Of a stretch of 64,000 nucleotides of DNA, positions 11,260 through 20,498 are shown in pieces; position 1 is the stretch's first letter; the number at the start of each line of letters is the position of its first letter. Position numbers and translations under genes: made by a program. The notes beneath the pieces were generated by a model, which ran no database searches, had not been told where the DNA came from, and saw only the letters and a program-made list of their open reading frames with translations. This stretch comes from TPA_inf: Saccharomyces (taxonomy: Eukaryota): positions 192,001 through 256,000 of the forward strand of contig BK006942.2 in assembly GCA_000146045.2 (NCBI GenBank), in the 5' to 3' direction.

Positions 11260-11555
11260 CAATCTTGAAGACAATGCACACTGAGCTCTACAGTTTCTCT
11301 TGTTCTCTTAAAGCTTTTCCAAGGGTTCATTTTAGCTGAAAAATTGTTTGCGTTTTTTCTTCCTGAAATCTCAAGCGAAATGATCAATACATAAGCTAAA
11401 TTAAATAATGAGAAAAAAGATACCTGAAAACATAATTAAGGCATAGAAGAAAAAGATTTGATAAAAGATAAATTTTCAGTTCAATAAAAAGGTTTACATA
11501 CATCTAATTTTTTTTTTTGACGCAAATTTTTTTGATTACAGACAAGAGCTATGTT

Positions 11556-12653
11556 TTATTTCGTAGCTAGCTTAGTTTTCGAATGCGCCACCCATTTGTC
11601 ATGGCGTGCGATGACTTCTGGGATTATCATCTCTTCAATGCTATGGTGTTTTTCATCCAAACGTACCCAATCTCCCTTTCTGTTTTCAGGGGATACGAAA
11701 ATGACCTGTTTGTTTCTTGTCTGTAAAAGGTTTCCGATAACCAGTTGATGGTTGTATCTATCCAGGGCTTGTGTACATTTGTAAAGCAGCATGGATTCAT
11801 CAGTTTCTAATTTGAACGAAACGATCATCGCTTGAGTGGCCCATGATTCCACTAATCTTCTCAAAAACTTAGGGACAGGGTCAAGATTCACAATCAGTTT
11901 ACCATCAGGCGTAGTCCTAGTTGTACCTTCAGTGTCATTATTTGCTCCCATCTTACCGTTGTCTCCTGATTGAATCTTGTGCTGAGGTAGTCTTGAATAT
12001 GGAACAAAAAAATCACTGACAGCAGCAGCTAAATAAAACAAGCAACCACTATTATTCAATAGCTTGGCTATACTTTTCAGTGACCATAAGTATTGGTTGA
12101 CCGTGGTGAATGGTAGTAAAAGTAGTTTCTCCTCTTTCTCCATATACTTGTCATAAAGCTTTTTGTTCTTCAAAACATTCTCAGCAAATTCAGGTTTGAT
12201 TTTACCTTCAGAATCAATGTAGTCCAAGAATAAAGTATTAATGCTATGGGAGAAGGACCTATTATACGGAGTTAATGAGAATTCCCTATGTAAGAAAATA
12301 ACACTATATCCGTTCGCTAAGAACTGTTCAGCACTCGATGCACCACGAGTACCTGCAGAAAAATTATCGATAAAACGTACTGTATTGTTTTCCAATGGAA
12401 CAGTAGTACCACCAGAGGTGATAAGAACTATTTTGTTCCTTTTCAGGGAATACTGCAAATCAATAAACTCTTTAGCGTCCTTAATCAATTCATCGATATA
12501 GGCAGGTTTAGGGTTAGTTTTGAAATATTGCTCTTCTTCAGTAGTGTAGGCAACGGGAAAGAGCTCTTCCTTGATTGTACGATCAATTGCATGACTTATT
12601 TCAGTAACAGACGTATGAATTTGAGGTCTGTTGAGCACGGGTAGAGGTGGCAT
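11556..12653 (-). CDS. CAB2: Phosphopantothenoylcysteine synthetase (CoA biosynthesis), 365 aa
   Basis: DFP/PPCS-family motifs (VLITSGGTTVPLE...VRFIDNFSAGTRG) are present. 365 aa matches CAB2 (YIL083C). Confidence 0.8.
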   Translation of the reverse strand: MPPLPVLNRPQIHTSVTEISHAIDRTIKEELFPVAYTTEEEQYFKTNPKPAYIDELIKDAKEFIDLQYSLKRNKIVLITSGGTTVPLENNTVRFIDNFSAGTRGASSAEQFLANGYSVIFLHREFSLTPYNRSFSHSINTLFLDYIDSEGKIKPEFAENVLKNKKLYDKYMEKEEKLLLLPFTTVNQYLWSLKSIAKLLNNSGCLFYLAAAVSDFFVPYSRLPQHKIQSGDNGKMGANNDTEGTTRTTPDGKLIVNLDPVPKFLRRLVESWATQAMIVSFKLETDESMLLYKCTQALDRYNHQLVIGNLLQTRNKQVIFVSPENRKGDWVRLDEKHHSIEEMIIPEVIARHDKWVAHSKTKLATK

Positions 12654-13219
12654 TGCTATAGTATGAAGAAAAAAAGGAGTGTCTGCTGCTAATCTACACA
12701 GTTTATGACAACTAATAAAAGCGTTGTGTGCGTAATTGTCTTAGCCTCTTATACAGATGTCCTGTTGATGACAATGCCTTTAAAAAAAAAAAAAAAACGT
12801 TAACAATAGGTCACTCCTCCAGTTTTTGTCGTTTGGCGAATTCGGGTCATCGAATTCTTCCCTTGCCAATAAAGTTGGTGGAAAATACCCAAAACATCGC
12901 CTACATATCAAATCCGCAGATTTCAGGCACGCAATTTAGAGCCTACCATCTGTTCATAGTTAGGTTAGGCCATAGGTGGTCATCGTCGCCTCTACTTTCT
13001 TAGCATAATCAGGTTTTTTTCTTGATTTTTTTATCATAAATTGTAACTCCGATTTAAGTAGAAGTGAAAAAAAAAATACCCTGTTAATTGTCACAGCATC
13101 ACTTCTTCCTGTTACTTTCAAAGCTGTAAAGTGTTAGCATCTTTGTGCAAGAAGTAATAAGAATTTAATTGTTAACAGGGTTTGTAGCACTGGTATACGT
13201 TTTTCCATATCATGGAACA

Positions 13220-13559
13220 TGTTGTATCTCAAAATGAGATATGTCAGTATGACAATACGTCACCCTGAACGTTCATAAAACACATATGAAACAACCTTAT
13301 AACAAAACGAACAACATGAGACAAAACCCGACCTTCCCTAGCTGAACTACCCAAAGTATAAATGCCTGAACAATTAGTTTAGATCCGAGATTCCGCGCTT
13401 CCACCACTTAGTATGATTCATATTTTATATAATATATAAGATAAGTAACATTCCGTGAATTAATCTGATAAACTGTTTTGACAACTGGTTACTTCCCTAA
13501 GACTGTTTATATTAGGATTGTCAAGACACTCCGGTATTACTCGAGCCCGTAATACAACA
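13220..13559 (+). repeat. Ty3 5' sigma LTR, 340 bp
   Basis: Canonical sigma sequence with TG..CA termini and a TATAAA at about 13351. It is identical to the 3' copy. Confidence 0.95.
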
Positions 13560-13634
13560 CCTGGTAGCGTTAAAGGTTACTAATTGTTCAAACGAACCAT
13601 CGAAAAGCCGAACCTAGCTACACCACACCCCAGT

Positions 13635-14507
13635 ATGAGCTTTATGGATCAAATCCCAGGAGGAGGAAATTATCCAAAACTCCCAGTAGAATGCCTTCCT
13701 AACTTCCCGATCCAACCATCTTTGACCTTCAGAGGTAGAAATGACTCGCATAAACTGAAAAACTTTATCTCCGAAATAATGCTAAACATGTCTATGATAT
13801 CTTGGCCGAATGATGCCAGTCGTATTGTGTACTGCAGAAGACATTTATTAAACCCCGCTGCTCAGTGGGCTAATGATTTTGTACAAGAACAAGGTATACT
13901 TGAAATAACATTCGACACATTCATACAAGGATTATATCAACATTTCTATAAGCCACCAGATATCAATAAAATCTTTAATGCAATCACGCAACTTTCCGAA
14001 GCTAAACTTGGTATTGAGCGTCTCAACCAACGATTCAGAAAGATTTGGGACAGAATGCCACCAGACTTCATGACCGAAAAAGCTGCCATAATGACATATA
14101 CTAGGCTATTGACAAAGGAAACCTATAATATTGTCAGAATGCACAAACCAGAGACATTAAAAGACGCCATGGAAGAGGCTTACCAGACAACCGCACTAAC
14201 TGAAAGATTCTTCCCAGGATTCGAACTTGATGCTGATGGAGACACTATCATCGGTGCCACAACCCACTTACAAGAAGAATACGACTCTGACTATGATTCA
14301 GAAGATAATCTGACCCAGAATAGATACGTCCACACCGTAAGGACAAGAAGATCTTACAATAAACCAATGTCAAATCATCGAAACAGGAGAAATAACAACG
14401 CATCCAGAGAAGAATGTATAAAAAATCGGCTATGCTTCTATTGTAAGAAAGAGGGACATCGCCTGAACGAATGTAGAGCACGTAAGGCGAGTTCTAACCG
14501 ATCTTGA
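13635..14507 (+). CDS. Ty3 Gag (capsid-spacer-nucleocapsid), 290 aa
   Basis: MSFMDQIPGGGNYPKLPVECLPNF... ending with the nucleocapsid CCHC zinc knuckle CFYCKKEGHRLNEC. The ORF track begins 17 codons further upstream. Confidence 0.9.
   Translation: MSFMDQIPGGGNYPKLPVECLPNFPIQPSLTFRGRNDSHKLKNFISEIMLNMSMISWPNDASRIVYCRRHLLNPAAQWANDFVQEQGILEITFDTFIQGLYQHFYKPPDINKIFNAITQLSEAKLGIERLNQRFRKIWDRMPPDFMTEKAAIMTYTRLLTKETYNIVRMHKPETLKDAMEEAYQTTALTERFFPGFELDADGDTIIGATTHLQEEYDSDYDSEDNLTQNRYVHTVRTRRSYNKPMSNHRNRRNNNASREECIKNRLCFYCKKEGHRLNECRARKASSNRS
14487..14493 (+). promoter_or_regulatory. Ty3 programmed +1 ribosomal frameshift heptamer GCG AGU U joining GAG3 to POL3
   Basis: The exact heptamer GCGAGTT lies 15 nt before the GAG3 stop, and the POL3 frame is +1 relative to GAG3. 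Splicing the frames at this site gives a 1498-aa Gag-Pol fusion. Confidence 0.8.
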
Positions 14508-17500
14508 ACTCGAATCAAAAGACCAACAAACTCTTTTTATCAAAACCTTACCAATTGTACACTATATCGCCATCCCCGAGATGGACAATACCGCCGAAAA
14601 AACCATAAAAATACAAAACACGAAAGTAAAAACCCTGTTTGACAGTGGATCACCCACGTCATTTATCCGAAGAGATATTGTAGAACTTCTCAAATACGAA
14701 ATCTACGAGACCCCTCCACTCCGTTTTAGAGGATTCGTAGCCACCAAATCCGCCGTTACATCCGAAGCAGTCACCATTGACCTCAAAATCAATGACCTGC
14801 AGATAACTTTAGCCGCGTACATACTGGATAACATGGACTACCAATTGTTAATTGGAAATCCAATCTTACGCCGCTACCCGAAAATCCTGCACACAGTACT
14901 GAATACCAGAGAGAGCCCCGACTCCTTAAAGCCCAAGACTTATCGCTCCGAAACCGTTAATAACGTTAGAACCTACTCCGCTGGTAATCGTGGTAACCCC
15001 AGAAACATAAAACTGTCTTTTGCCCCCACCATTCTCGAAGCAACTGACCCGAAATCCGCTGGTAATCGTGGTAACCCCAGAAACACAAAACTGTCTCTTG
15101 CCCCCACCATTCTCGAAGCAACTGACCCGAAATCCGCTGGTAATCGTGGTGACTCCAGAACCAAAACCCTGTCTCTTGCAACCACTACTCCTGCAGCAAT
15201 TGACCCGCTTACGACCCTTGATAACCCAGGTAGTACTCAAAGTACATTTGCGCAATTCCCGATACCTGAAGAAGCGAGCATCCTAGAAGAGGATGGAAAA
15301 TACTCCAACGTTGTCTCAACCATTCAGAGTGTAGAACCTAATGCTACTGATCACAGCAATAAGGACACCTTTTGCACTTTGCCAGTTTGGTTACAACAGA
15401 AGTATAGAGAGATCATACGTAATGATCTCCCACCAAGACCTGCCGACATTAACAACATCCCCGTAAAACATGATATTGAAATTAAACCTGGCGCAAGACT
15501 ACCTCGACTACAGCCATACCATGTTACAGAAAAGAATGAACAAGAAATCAACAAAATAGTTCAAAAACTGCTCGATAACAAGTTCATTGTTCCCTCAAAG
15601 TCGCCCTGCAGCTCCCCTGTAGTCCTCGTCCCGAAGAAAGACGGTACCTTCCGACTCTGCGTCGATTACCGCACCCTGAACAAAGCTACCATCTCCGACC
15701 CATTCCCATTACCCAGAATCGACAACCTATTGAGCCGTATTGGAAATGCCCAGATATTTACCACGCTAGATTTGCATAGTGGTTACCACCAGATCCCGAT
15801 GGAACCCAAAGACCGCTACAAAACCGCCTTTGTCACCCCATCCGGTAAGTATGAATATACCGTCATGCCATTTGGCTTAGTCAATGCACCTAGTACATTC
15901 GCAAGATACATGGCTGATACATTTAGAGACCTGAGATTCGTCAATGTTTACCTTGATGATATATTAATCTTCTCCGAATCTCCAGAAGAACATTGGAAAC
16001 ATTTAGACACGGTACTAGAAAGATTAAAGAACGAGAACCTCATTGTTAAGAAGAAAAAATGTAAATTTGCATCTGAAGAAACTGAGTTTTTAGGCTATAG
16101 TATTGGAATCCAGAAAATAGCTCCACTACAGCACAAATGTGCAGCAATCCGAGACTTTCCGACGCCTAAAACAGTAAAACAAGCACAGAGATTTTTAGGA
16201 ATGATTAATTACTACAGACGATTCATTCCGAATTGCTCCAAGATTGCACAGCCAATCCAACTGTTTATTTGTGACAAAAGTCAATGGACAGAAAAACAAG
16301 ACAAGGCAATTGAGAAACTAAAAGCCGCCTTGTGTAACTCCCCCGTCCTAGTACCATTCAACAACAAAGCAAACTACCGACTTACAACAGACGCCTCAAA
16401 AGACGGCATTGGTGCTGTTCTAGAAGAAGTCGACAACAAGAACAAACTTGTTGGTGTCGTCGGTTACTTCTCTAAATCCTTAGAGAGTGCCCAGAAAAAC
16501 TATCCTGCTGGCGAATTAGAACTACTTGGAATTATCAAAGCACTCCACCACTTCCGATATATGCTTCACGGAAAGCATTTCACGTTAAGAACAGACCACA
16601 TTAGTTTGTTATCATTACAAAACAAGAACGAACCCGCACGACGCGTGCAACGCTGGTTAGATGACCTAGCCACATATGACTTCACCTTAGAATACTTAGC
16701 TGGACCCAAGAACGTTGTCGCAGATGCCATATCCCGTGCCATATATACTATAACCCCCGAAACATCCCGACCTATCGACACAGAAAGCTGGAAATCTTAC
16801 TACAAATCAGACCCATTATGTAGTGCTGTCTTAATTCATATGAAAGAATTGACACAACACAACGTCACACCTGAAGATATGTCAGCCTTCCGTAGTTACC
16901 AGAAGAAACTCGAACTATCAGAGACCTTCCGAAAGAATTATTCCCTAGAAGACGAAATGATCTATTACCAAGACCGACTAGTAGTACCAATAAAACAACA
17001 GAACGCAGTTATGAGACTGTATCATGACCATACCTTATTTGGAGGACATTTCGGTGTAACAGTGACCCTTGCGAAAATCAGCCCAATTTACTATTGGCCG
17101 AAACTACAACATTCGATCATACAGTACATCAGGACCTGCGTACAATGTCAACTAATAAAATCACACCGTCCACGCTTACATGGACTATTGCAACCACTCC
17201 CCATAGCAGAAGGAAGATGGCTTGATATATCAATGGATTTTGTGACAGGATTACCCCCAACATCAAATAACTTGAATATGATCCTCGTCGTAGTTGATCG
17301 TTTCTCGAAACGCGCTCACTTCATAGCTACAAGGAAAACTTTAGACGCAACACAACTAATAGATTTACTCTTTCGATACATTTTTTCATATCATGGTTTT
17401 CCCAGGACAATAACCAGTGATAGAGATGTCCGTATGACCGCCGACAAATACCAAGAACTCACGAAAAGACTAGGAATAAAATCGACAATGTCTTCCGCGA

Positions 17501-18132
17501 ACCACCCCCAAACAGATGGACAATCCGAACGAACGATACAGACATTAAACAGGTTACTAAGAGCCTATGTTTCAACCAATATTCAGAATTGGCATGTATA
17601 TTTACCACAAATCGAATTTGTTTACAACTCTACACCTACTAGAACACTTGGAAAATCACCATTTGAAATTGATTTAGGATATTTACCGAATACCCCTGCT
17701 ATTAAGTCAGATGACGAAGTCAACGCAAGAAGTTTTACTGCCGTAGAACTTGCCAAACACCTCAAAGCCCTTACCATCCAAACGAAGGAACAGCTAGAAC
17801 ACGCTCAAATCGAAATGGAAACTAATAACAATCAAAGACGTAAACCCTTATTGTTAAACATAGGAGATCACGTATTAGTGCATAGAGATGCATACTTCAA
17901 GAAAGGTGCTTATATGAAAGTACAACAAATATACGTCGGACCATTTCGAGTTGTTAAGAAAATAAACGATAACGCCTACGAACTAGATTTAAACTCTCAC
18001 AAGAAAAAGCACAGAGTTATTAATGTACAATTCCTGAAAAGTTTGTATACCGTCCAGACGCGTACCCAAAGAATAAACCAATCAGCTCCACTGAGAGAAT
18101 TAAGAGAGCACACGAAGTTACTGCACTCATAG
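14491..18132 (+). CDS. Ty3 Pol polyprotein: aspartic protease, reverse transcriptase, RNase H, integrase. Expressed as a Gag-Pol fusion by +1 frameshifting
   Basis: Protease active site LFDSGSPTSFI. RT motifs ...LDLHSGYHQIPM... and YLDDILIFS. Integrase HHCC zinc finger (H..H...CVQCQ) and DDE core (...DRFSKRAHF..., ...SDRD...). The frame stops at 18132, about 175 nt before the 3' LTR. Confidence 0.9.
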   Translation, partial: VLTDLELESKDQQTLFIKTLPIVHYIAIPEMDNTAEKTIKIQNTKVKTLFDSGSPTSFIRRDIVELLKYEIYETPPLRFRGFVATKSAVTSEAVTIDLKINDLQITLAAYILDNMDYQLLIGNPILRRYPKILHTVLNTRESPDSLKPKTYRSETVNNVRTYSAGNRGNPRNIKLSFAPTILEATDPKSAGNRGNPRNTKLSLAPTILEATDPKSAGNRGDSRTKTLSLATTTPAAIDPLTTLDNPGSTQSTFAQFPIPEEASILEEDGKYSNVVSTIQSVEPNATDHSNKDTFCTLPVWLQQKYREIIRNDLPPRPADINNIPVKHDIEIKPGARLPRLQPYHVTEKNEQEINKIVQKLLDNKFIVPSKSPCSSPVVLVPKKDGTFRLCVDYRTLNKATISDPFPLPRIDNLLSRIGNAQIFTTLDLHSGYHQIPMEPKDRYKTAFVTPSGKYEYTVMPFGLVNAPSTFARYMADTFRDLRFVNVYLDDILIFSESPEEHWKHLDTVLERLKNENLIVKKKKCKFASEETEFLGYSIGIQKIAPLQHKCAAIRDFPTPKTVKQAQRFLGMINYYRRFIPNCSKIAQPIQLFICDKSQWTEKQDKAIEKLKAALCNSPVLVPFNNKANYRLTTDASKDGIGAVLEEVDNKNKLVGVVGYFSKSLESAQKNYPAGELELLGIIKALHHFRYMLHGKHFTLRTDHISLLSLQNKNEPARRVQRWLDDLATYDFTLEYLAGPKNVVADAISRAIYTITPETSRPIDTESWKSYYKSDPLCSAVLIHMKELTQHNVTPEDMSAFRSYQKKLELSETFRKNYSLEDEMIYYQDRLVVPIKQQNAVMRLYHDHTLFGGHFGVTVTLAKISPIYYWPKLQHSIIQYIRTCVQCQLIKSHRPRLHGLLQPLPIAEGRWLDISMDFVTGLPPTSNNLNMILVVVDRFSKRAHFIATRKTLDATQLIDLLFRYIFSYHGFPRTITSDRDVRMTADKYQELTKRLGIKSTMSSANHPQTDGQSERTIQTLNRLLRAYVSTNIQNWHVYLPQIEFVYNSTPTRTLGKSPFEIDLGYLPNTPAIKSDDEVNARSFTAVELAKHLKALTIQTKEQLEHAQIEMETNNNQRRKPLLLNIGDHVLVHRDAYFKKGAYMKVQQIYVGPFRVVKKINDNAYELDLNSHKKKHRVINVQFLKSLYTVQTRTQRINQSAPLRELREHTKLLHS

Positions 18133-18307
18133 GAATAGATACTACACACAAAACTTACTTATGTCACATGCAAGACGTAGACCCAACACTTTCAGTAGAA
18201 TACTCAGAAGCTGAATTTTGCCAAATTCCCGAAAGAACACGAAGATCAATATTAGCCAACTTTAGACAACTCTACGAAACACAAGACAACCCTGAGAGAG
18301 AGGAAGA

Positions 18308-18647
18308 TGTTGTATCTCAAAATGAGATATGTCAGTATGACAATACGTCACCCTGAACGTTCATAAAACACATATGAAACAACCTTATAACAAAACGAAC
18401 AACATGAGACAAAACCCGACCTTCCCTAGCTGAACTACCCAAAGTATAAATGCCTGAACAATTAGTTTAGATCCGAGATTCCGCGCTTCCACCACTTAGT
18501 ATGATTCATATTTTATATAATATATAAGATAAGTAACATTCCGTGAATTAATCTGATAAACTGTTTTGACAACTGGTTACTTCCCTAAGACTGTTTATAT
18601 TAGGATTGTCAAGACACTCCGGTATTACTCGAGCCCGTAATACAACA
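18308..18647 (+). repeat. Ty3 3' sigma LTR, 340 bp
   Basis: Identical to the 5' LTR and directly preceded by the polypurine tract. Confidence 0.95.
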
Positions 18648-18664
18648 GAACATATGAAATATCT

Positions 18665-18738
18665 GGTCTCTTGGCCCAGTTGGTTAAGGCACCGTGCTAA
18701 TAACGCGGGGATCAGCGGTTCGATCCCGCTAGAGACCA
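18665..18738 (+). tRNA. tI(AAU): tRNA-Ile, anticodon AAU, 74 nt
   Basis: GGTCTCTTGGCCCAGTTGGTTAAGGCACCGTGCTAATAACGCGGGGATCAGCGGTTCGATCCCGCTAGAGACCA. Anticodon loop CTAATAA. A-box and B-box are present and a TTTTTTT terminator follows. Confidence 0.9.
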
Positions 18739-18922
18739 TATTTTTTTGTACAAATCTCTTCTACTACTGCTAAGACAGTAAGTAAGAAATACGAGACTCC
18801 AACAATGTACTTTTTTTTTGCTTTGTACTGCTCTATCGATACAAAAAATCCCTATAAAATAAACATATATATGTTTGCTGCAATGAGAATGGAAAAAAAA
18901 TTAAAAAAACTCACATATAATC

Positions 18923-20005
18923 TCAATAACGGCCATTTCTTTGGCTTTTGTTAGAAGATGATCGGCCCCTCTTATTCTTAGGACCCTTGGGGAAGTCGTC
19001 CCTATTATAGCTGAACTGGCTCGAATAATCGTTCGTTCTGTTGTTTTGGCTACTTCTGGGGAAATCTAAGGGGTGTGTCTGAACTCTTTTATTTTTCGTC
19101 ACTTTGTAGTTCTGTGCGCTAAATGGTGACTTCTTCTTCCTGTTATTACTGCTTTCATATCTATTATTGCTACTATTTTTGTTCCTTGTTGACTGCACTT
19201 TGCCCTTCCATTTCATTTTATCTCTATAAGTCCTTGAGCCAGGGAGGTCGTATGCATCGTCGTTATATTCATAGTCAAGCAGGTTGAATTCATGTTCGTT
19301 ATCAAAGTGTTGCCTTTGTGAAGCTTCACGTTTATAGTCTTTCAATTGGTTAAAATAGTGTTGTTTAAATTTTGTGGCTAAGTTATCACCGCAAAATGCA
19401 CTTCCATCAGTGTTCGGCACTCTCGATGACCTTCTTTCAGCACAGTCATCGCCAAAATGACCGGCATTCCCACAGTTATAACAGAAAACTGTTTGAAAAT
19501 CGAAGTCACCTTGGTTAGCATCTTTTGTTTTTAATAAATAAGATCTCCAAATACTAGGACATCTTTCTCTTGAGTGTCTTTTGCTATTGCAAAGCGTGCA
19601 GAACACCTTCTTCCATTTATGAGGACACTGTGATTTATAATGGCCGTTTGCATTACAATTAGTGCAAATAATAGCCTTAGGGCAGTGTTGTGAGTAATGA
19701 TCATCCATAAACCCGCAGTAAGTACATATCACATGGGGACAATTCCTTTTCAAATGACCTCTTTGCGAACAATTATTACACTTTGGCTCTGCCTCCATTA
19801 TCGCACCGTTTGAGTCATAATCTGTTATTCCAAAATACCGTCCTTGGCCACGTAAAGTCCTCAGTTCCTCTGGGTTAGCATCTACATCCTCTATGGAAGG
19901 AGCCAATAATTTATTAAATGATGACGAGTCACTTCCTGTCGGTGTTGTATCCTTCACATACGGCAAAGTATCGATACTTTCTACCTCAGATAACAATGTC
20001 GACAT
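18923..20005 (-). CDS. AIR1: TRAMP-complex RNA-binding protein with five CCHC zinc knuckles, 360 aa
   Basis: Repeated CX2CX4HX4C knuckles (CNNCSQRGHLKRNC, CTYCGFMDDHYSQHC, CTNCNANGHYKSQC, CTLCNSKRHSRERC, CYNCGNAGHFGDDC). 360 aa matches AIR1 (YIL079C). Confidence 0.8.
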   Translation of the reverse strand: MSTLLSEVESIDTLPYVKDTTPTGSDSSSFNKLLAPSIEDVDANPEELRTLRGQGRYFGITDYDSNGAIMEAEPKCNNCSQRGHLKRNCPHVICTYCGFMDDHYSQHCPKAIICTNCNANGHYKSQCPHKWKKVFCTLCNSKRHSRERCPSIWRSYLLKTKDANQGDFDFQTVFCYNCGNAGHFGDDCAERRSSRVPNTDGSAFCGDNLATKFKQHYFNQLKDYKREASQRQHFDNEHEFNLLDYEYNDDAYDLPGSRTYRDKMKWKGKVQSTRNKNSSNNRYESSNNRKKKSPFSAQNYKVTKNKRVQTHPLDFPRSSQNNRTNDYSSQFSYNRDDFPKGPKNKRGRSSSNKSQRNGRY

Positions 20006-20498
20006 AATATCTTAGCTCCGTGGTCCGCTTCCTTTGTATTCCTCATGTGAGAATGTTGGACCTTTCCCACTCATCGCATCGCTAATTTTTAGTAATTTTT
20101 CATTTTTTCATGGACCAAGAAATTGAAAAGCCTGTCAATGAGCTTTAACAGTAGCAAGAAACAAAGACAAAGGACAAGCGCCTATGGAAGTCACTTTAGA
20201 AATATTGAAGTCACATTTTCATATAATATATAAATGAATTTACAGATGTGCCATTGTATATGCTGACGCAAACGCTTTCTTTTTACTGTTTAAATGACTC
20301 TTACCTTGTGATATGTATAAATCATCATATACGGCTATCTTGCTAAAAAATTTTTTTCGAGGAATTTTCACTTGAAAAAAATACTTGCGATGGCAACAAA
20401 AGAAAGTTAGATAAATCGTGCATTAAATGATGTGTCATCTGAAAGATTACAGGTTAACGAAAAATTAACAGCTAACAGAGCAAGAAAATAAAACGGAG

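Larger units (their letters stand above)
13220..18647 (+). mobile_element. Full-length Ty3 (gypsy/Metaviridae) LTR retrotransposon, 5428 bp, with a 5-bp target-site duplication GAACA
   Basis: Two identical 340-bp sigma LTRs (TGTTGTATCTCAAAATGAGATATG ... CCCGTAATACAACA) lie at 13220-13559 and 18308-18647. GAACA is directly repeated at 13215-13219 and 18648-18652. The initiator tRNA-Met primer-binding site TGGTAGCG sits 2 nt after the 5' LTR (13562-13569), and a polypurine tract GAGAGAGAGGAAGA abuts the 3' LTR (18294-18307). Internal GAG3 and POL3 ORFs are present. The element ends 17 bp upstream of a tRNA-Ile gene, the canonical Ty3 integration position. Confidence 0.95.

Noticed and set aside
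12728-13003. 91-aa ORF between CAB2 and the Ty3 5' LTR
   Set aside because: It contains a poly(A) tract and low-complexity sequence, with no coding signature. It is intergenic.
14977-15210. Considered whether the regular 78-bp repeats could be a CRISPR-like array
   Set aside because: This is a eukaryotic genome. The repeats are in-frame coding sequence of Ty3 POL3 with no spacer/repeat alternation.
14926-15286. Four short ORFs on both strands overlapping the Ty3 POL3 tandem-repeat region
   Set aside because: They arise from the 78-bp repeat periodicity inside POL3 and have no independent support.
18168-18356. 62-aa ORF at the 3' end of Ty3 as an independent gene
   Set aside because: It is the out-of-frame continuation of the integrase C-terminus into the LTR (see the POL3 finding), not a separate gene.
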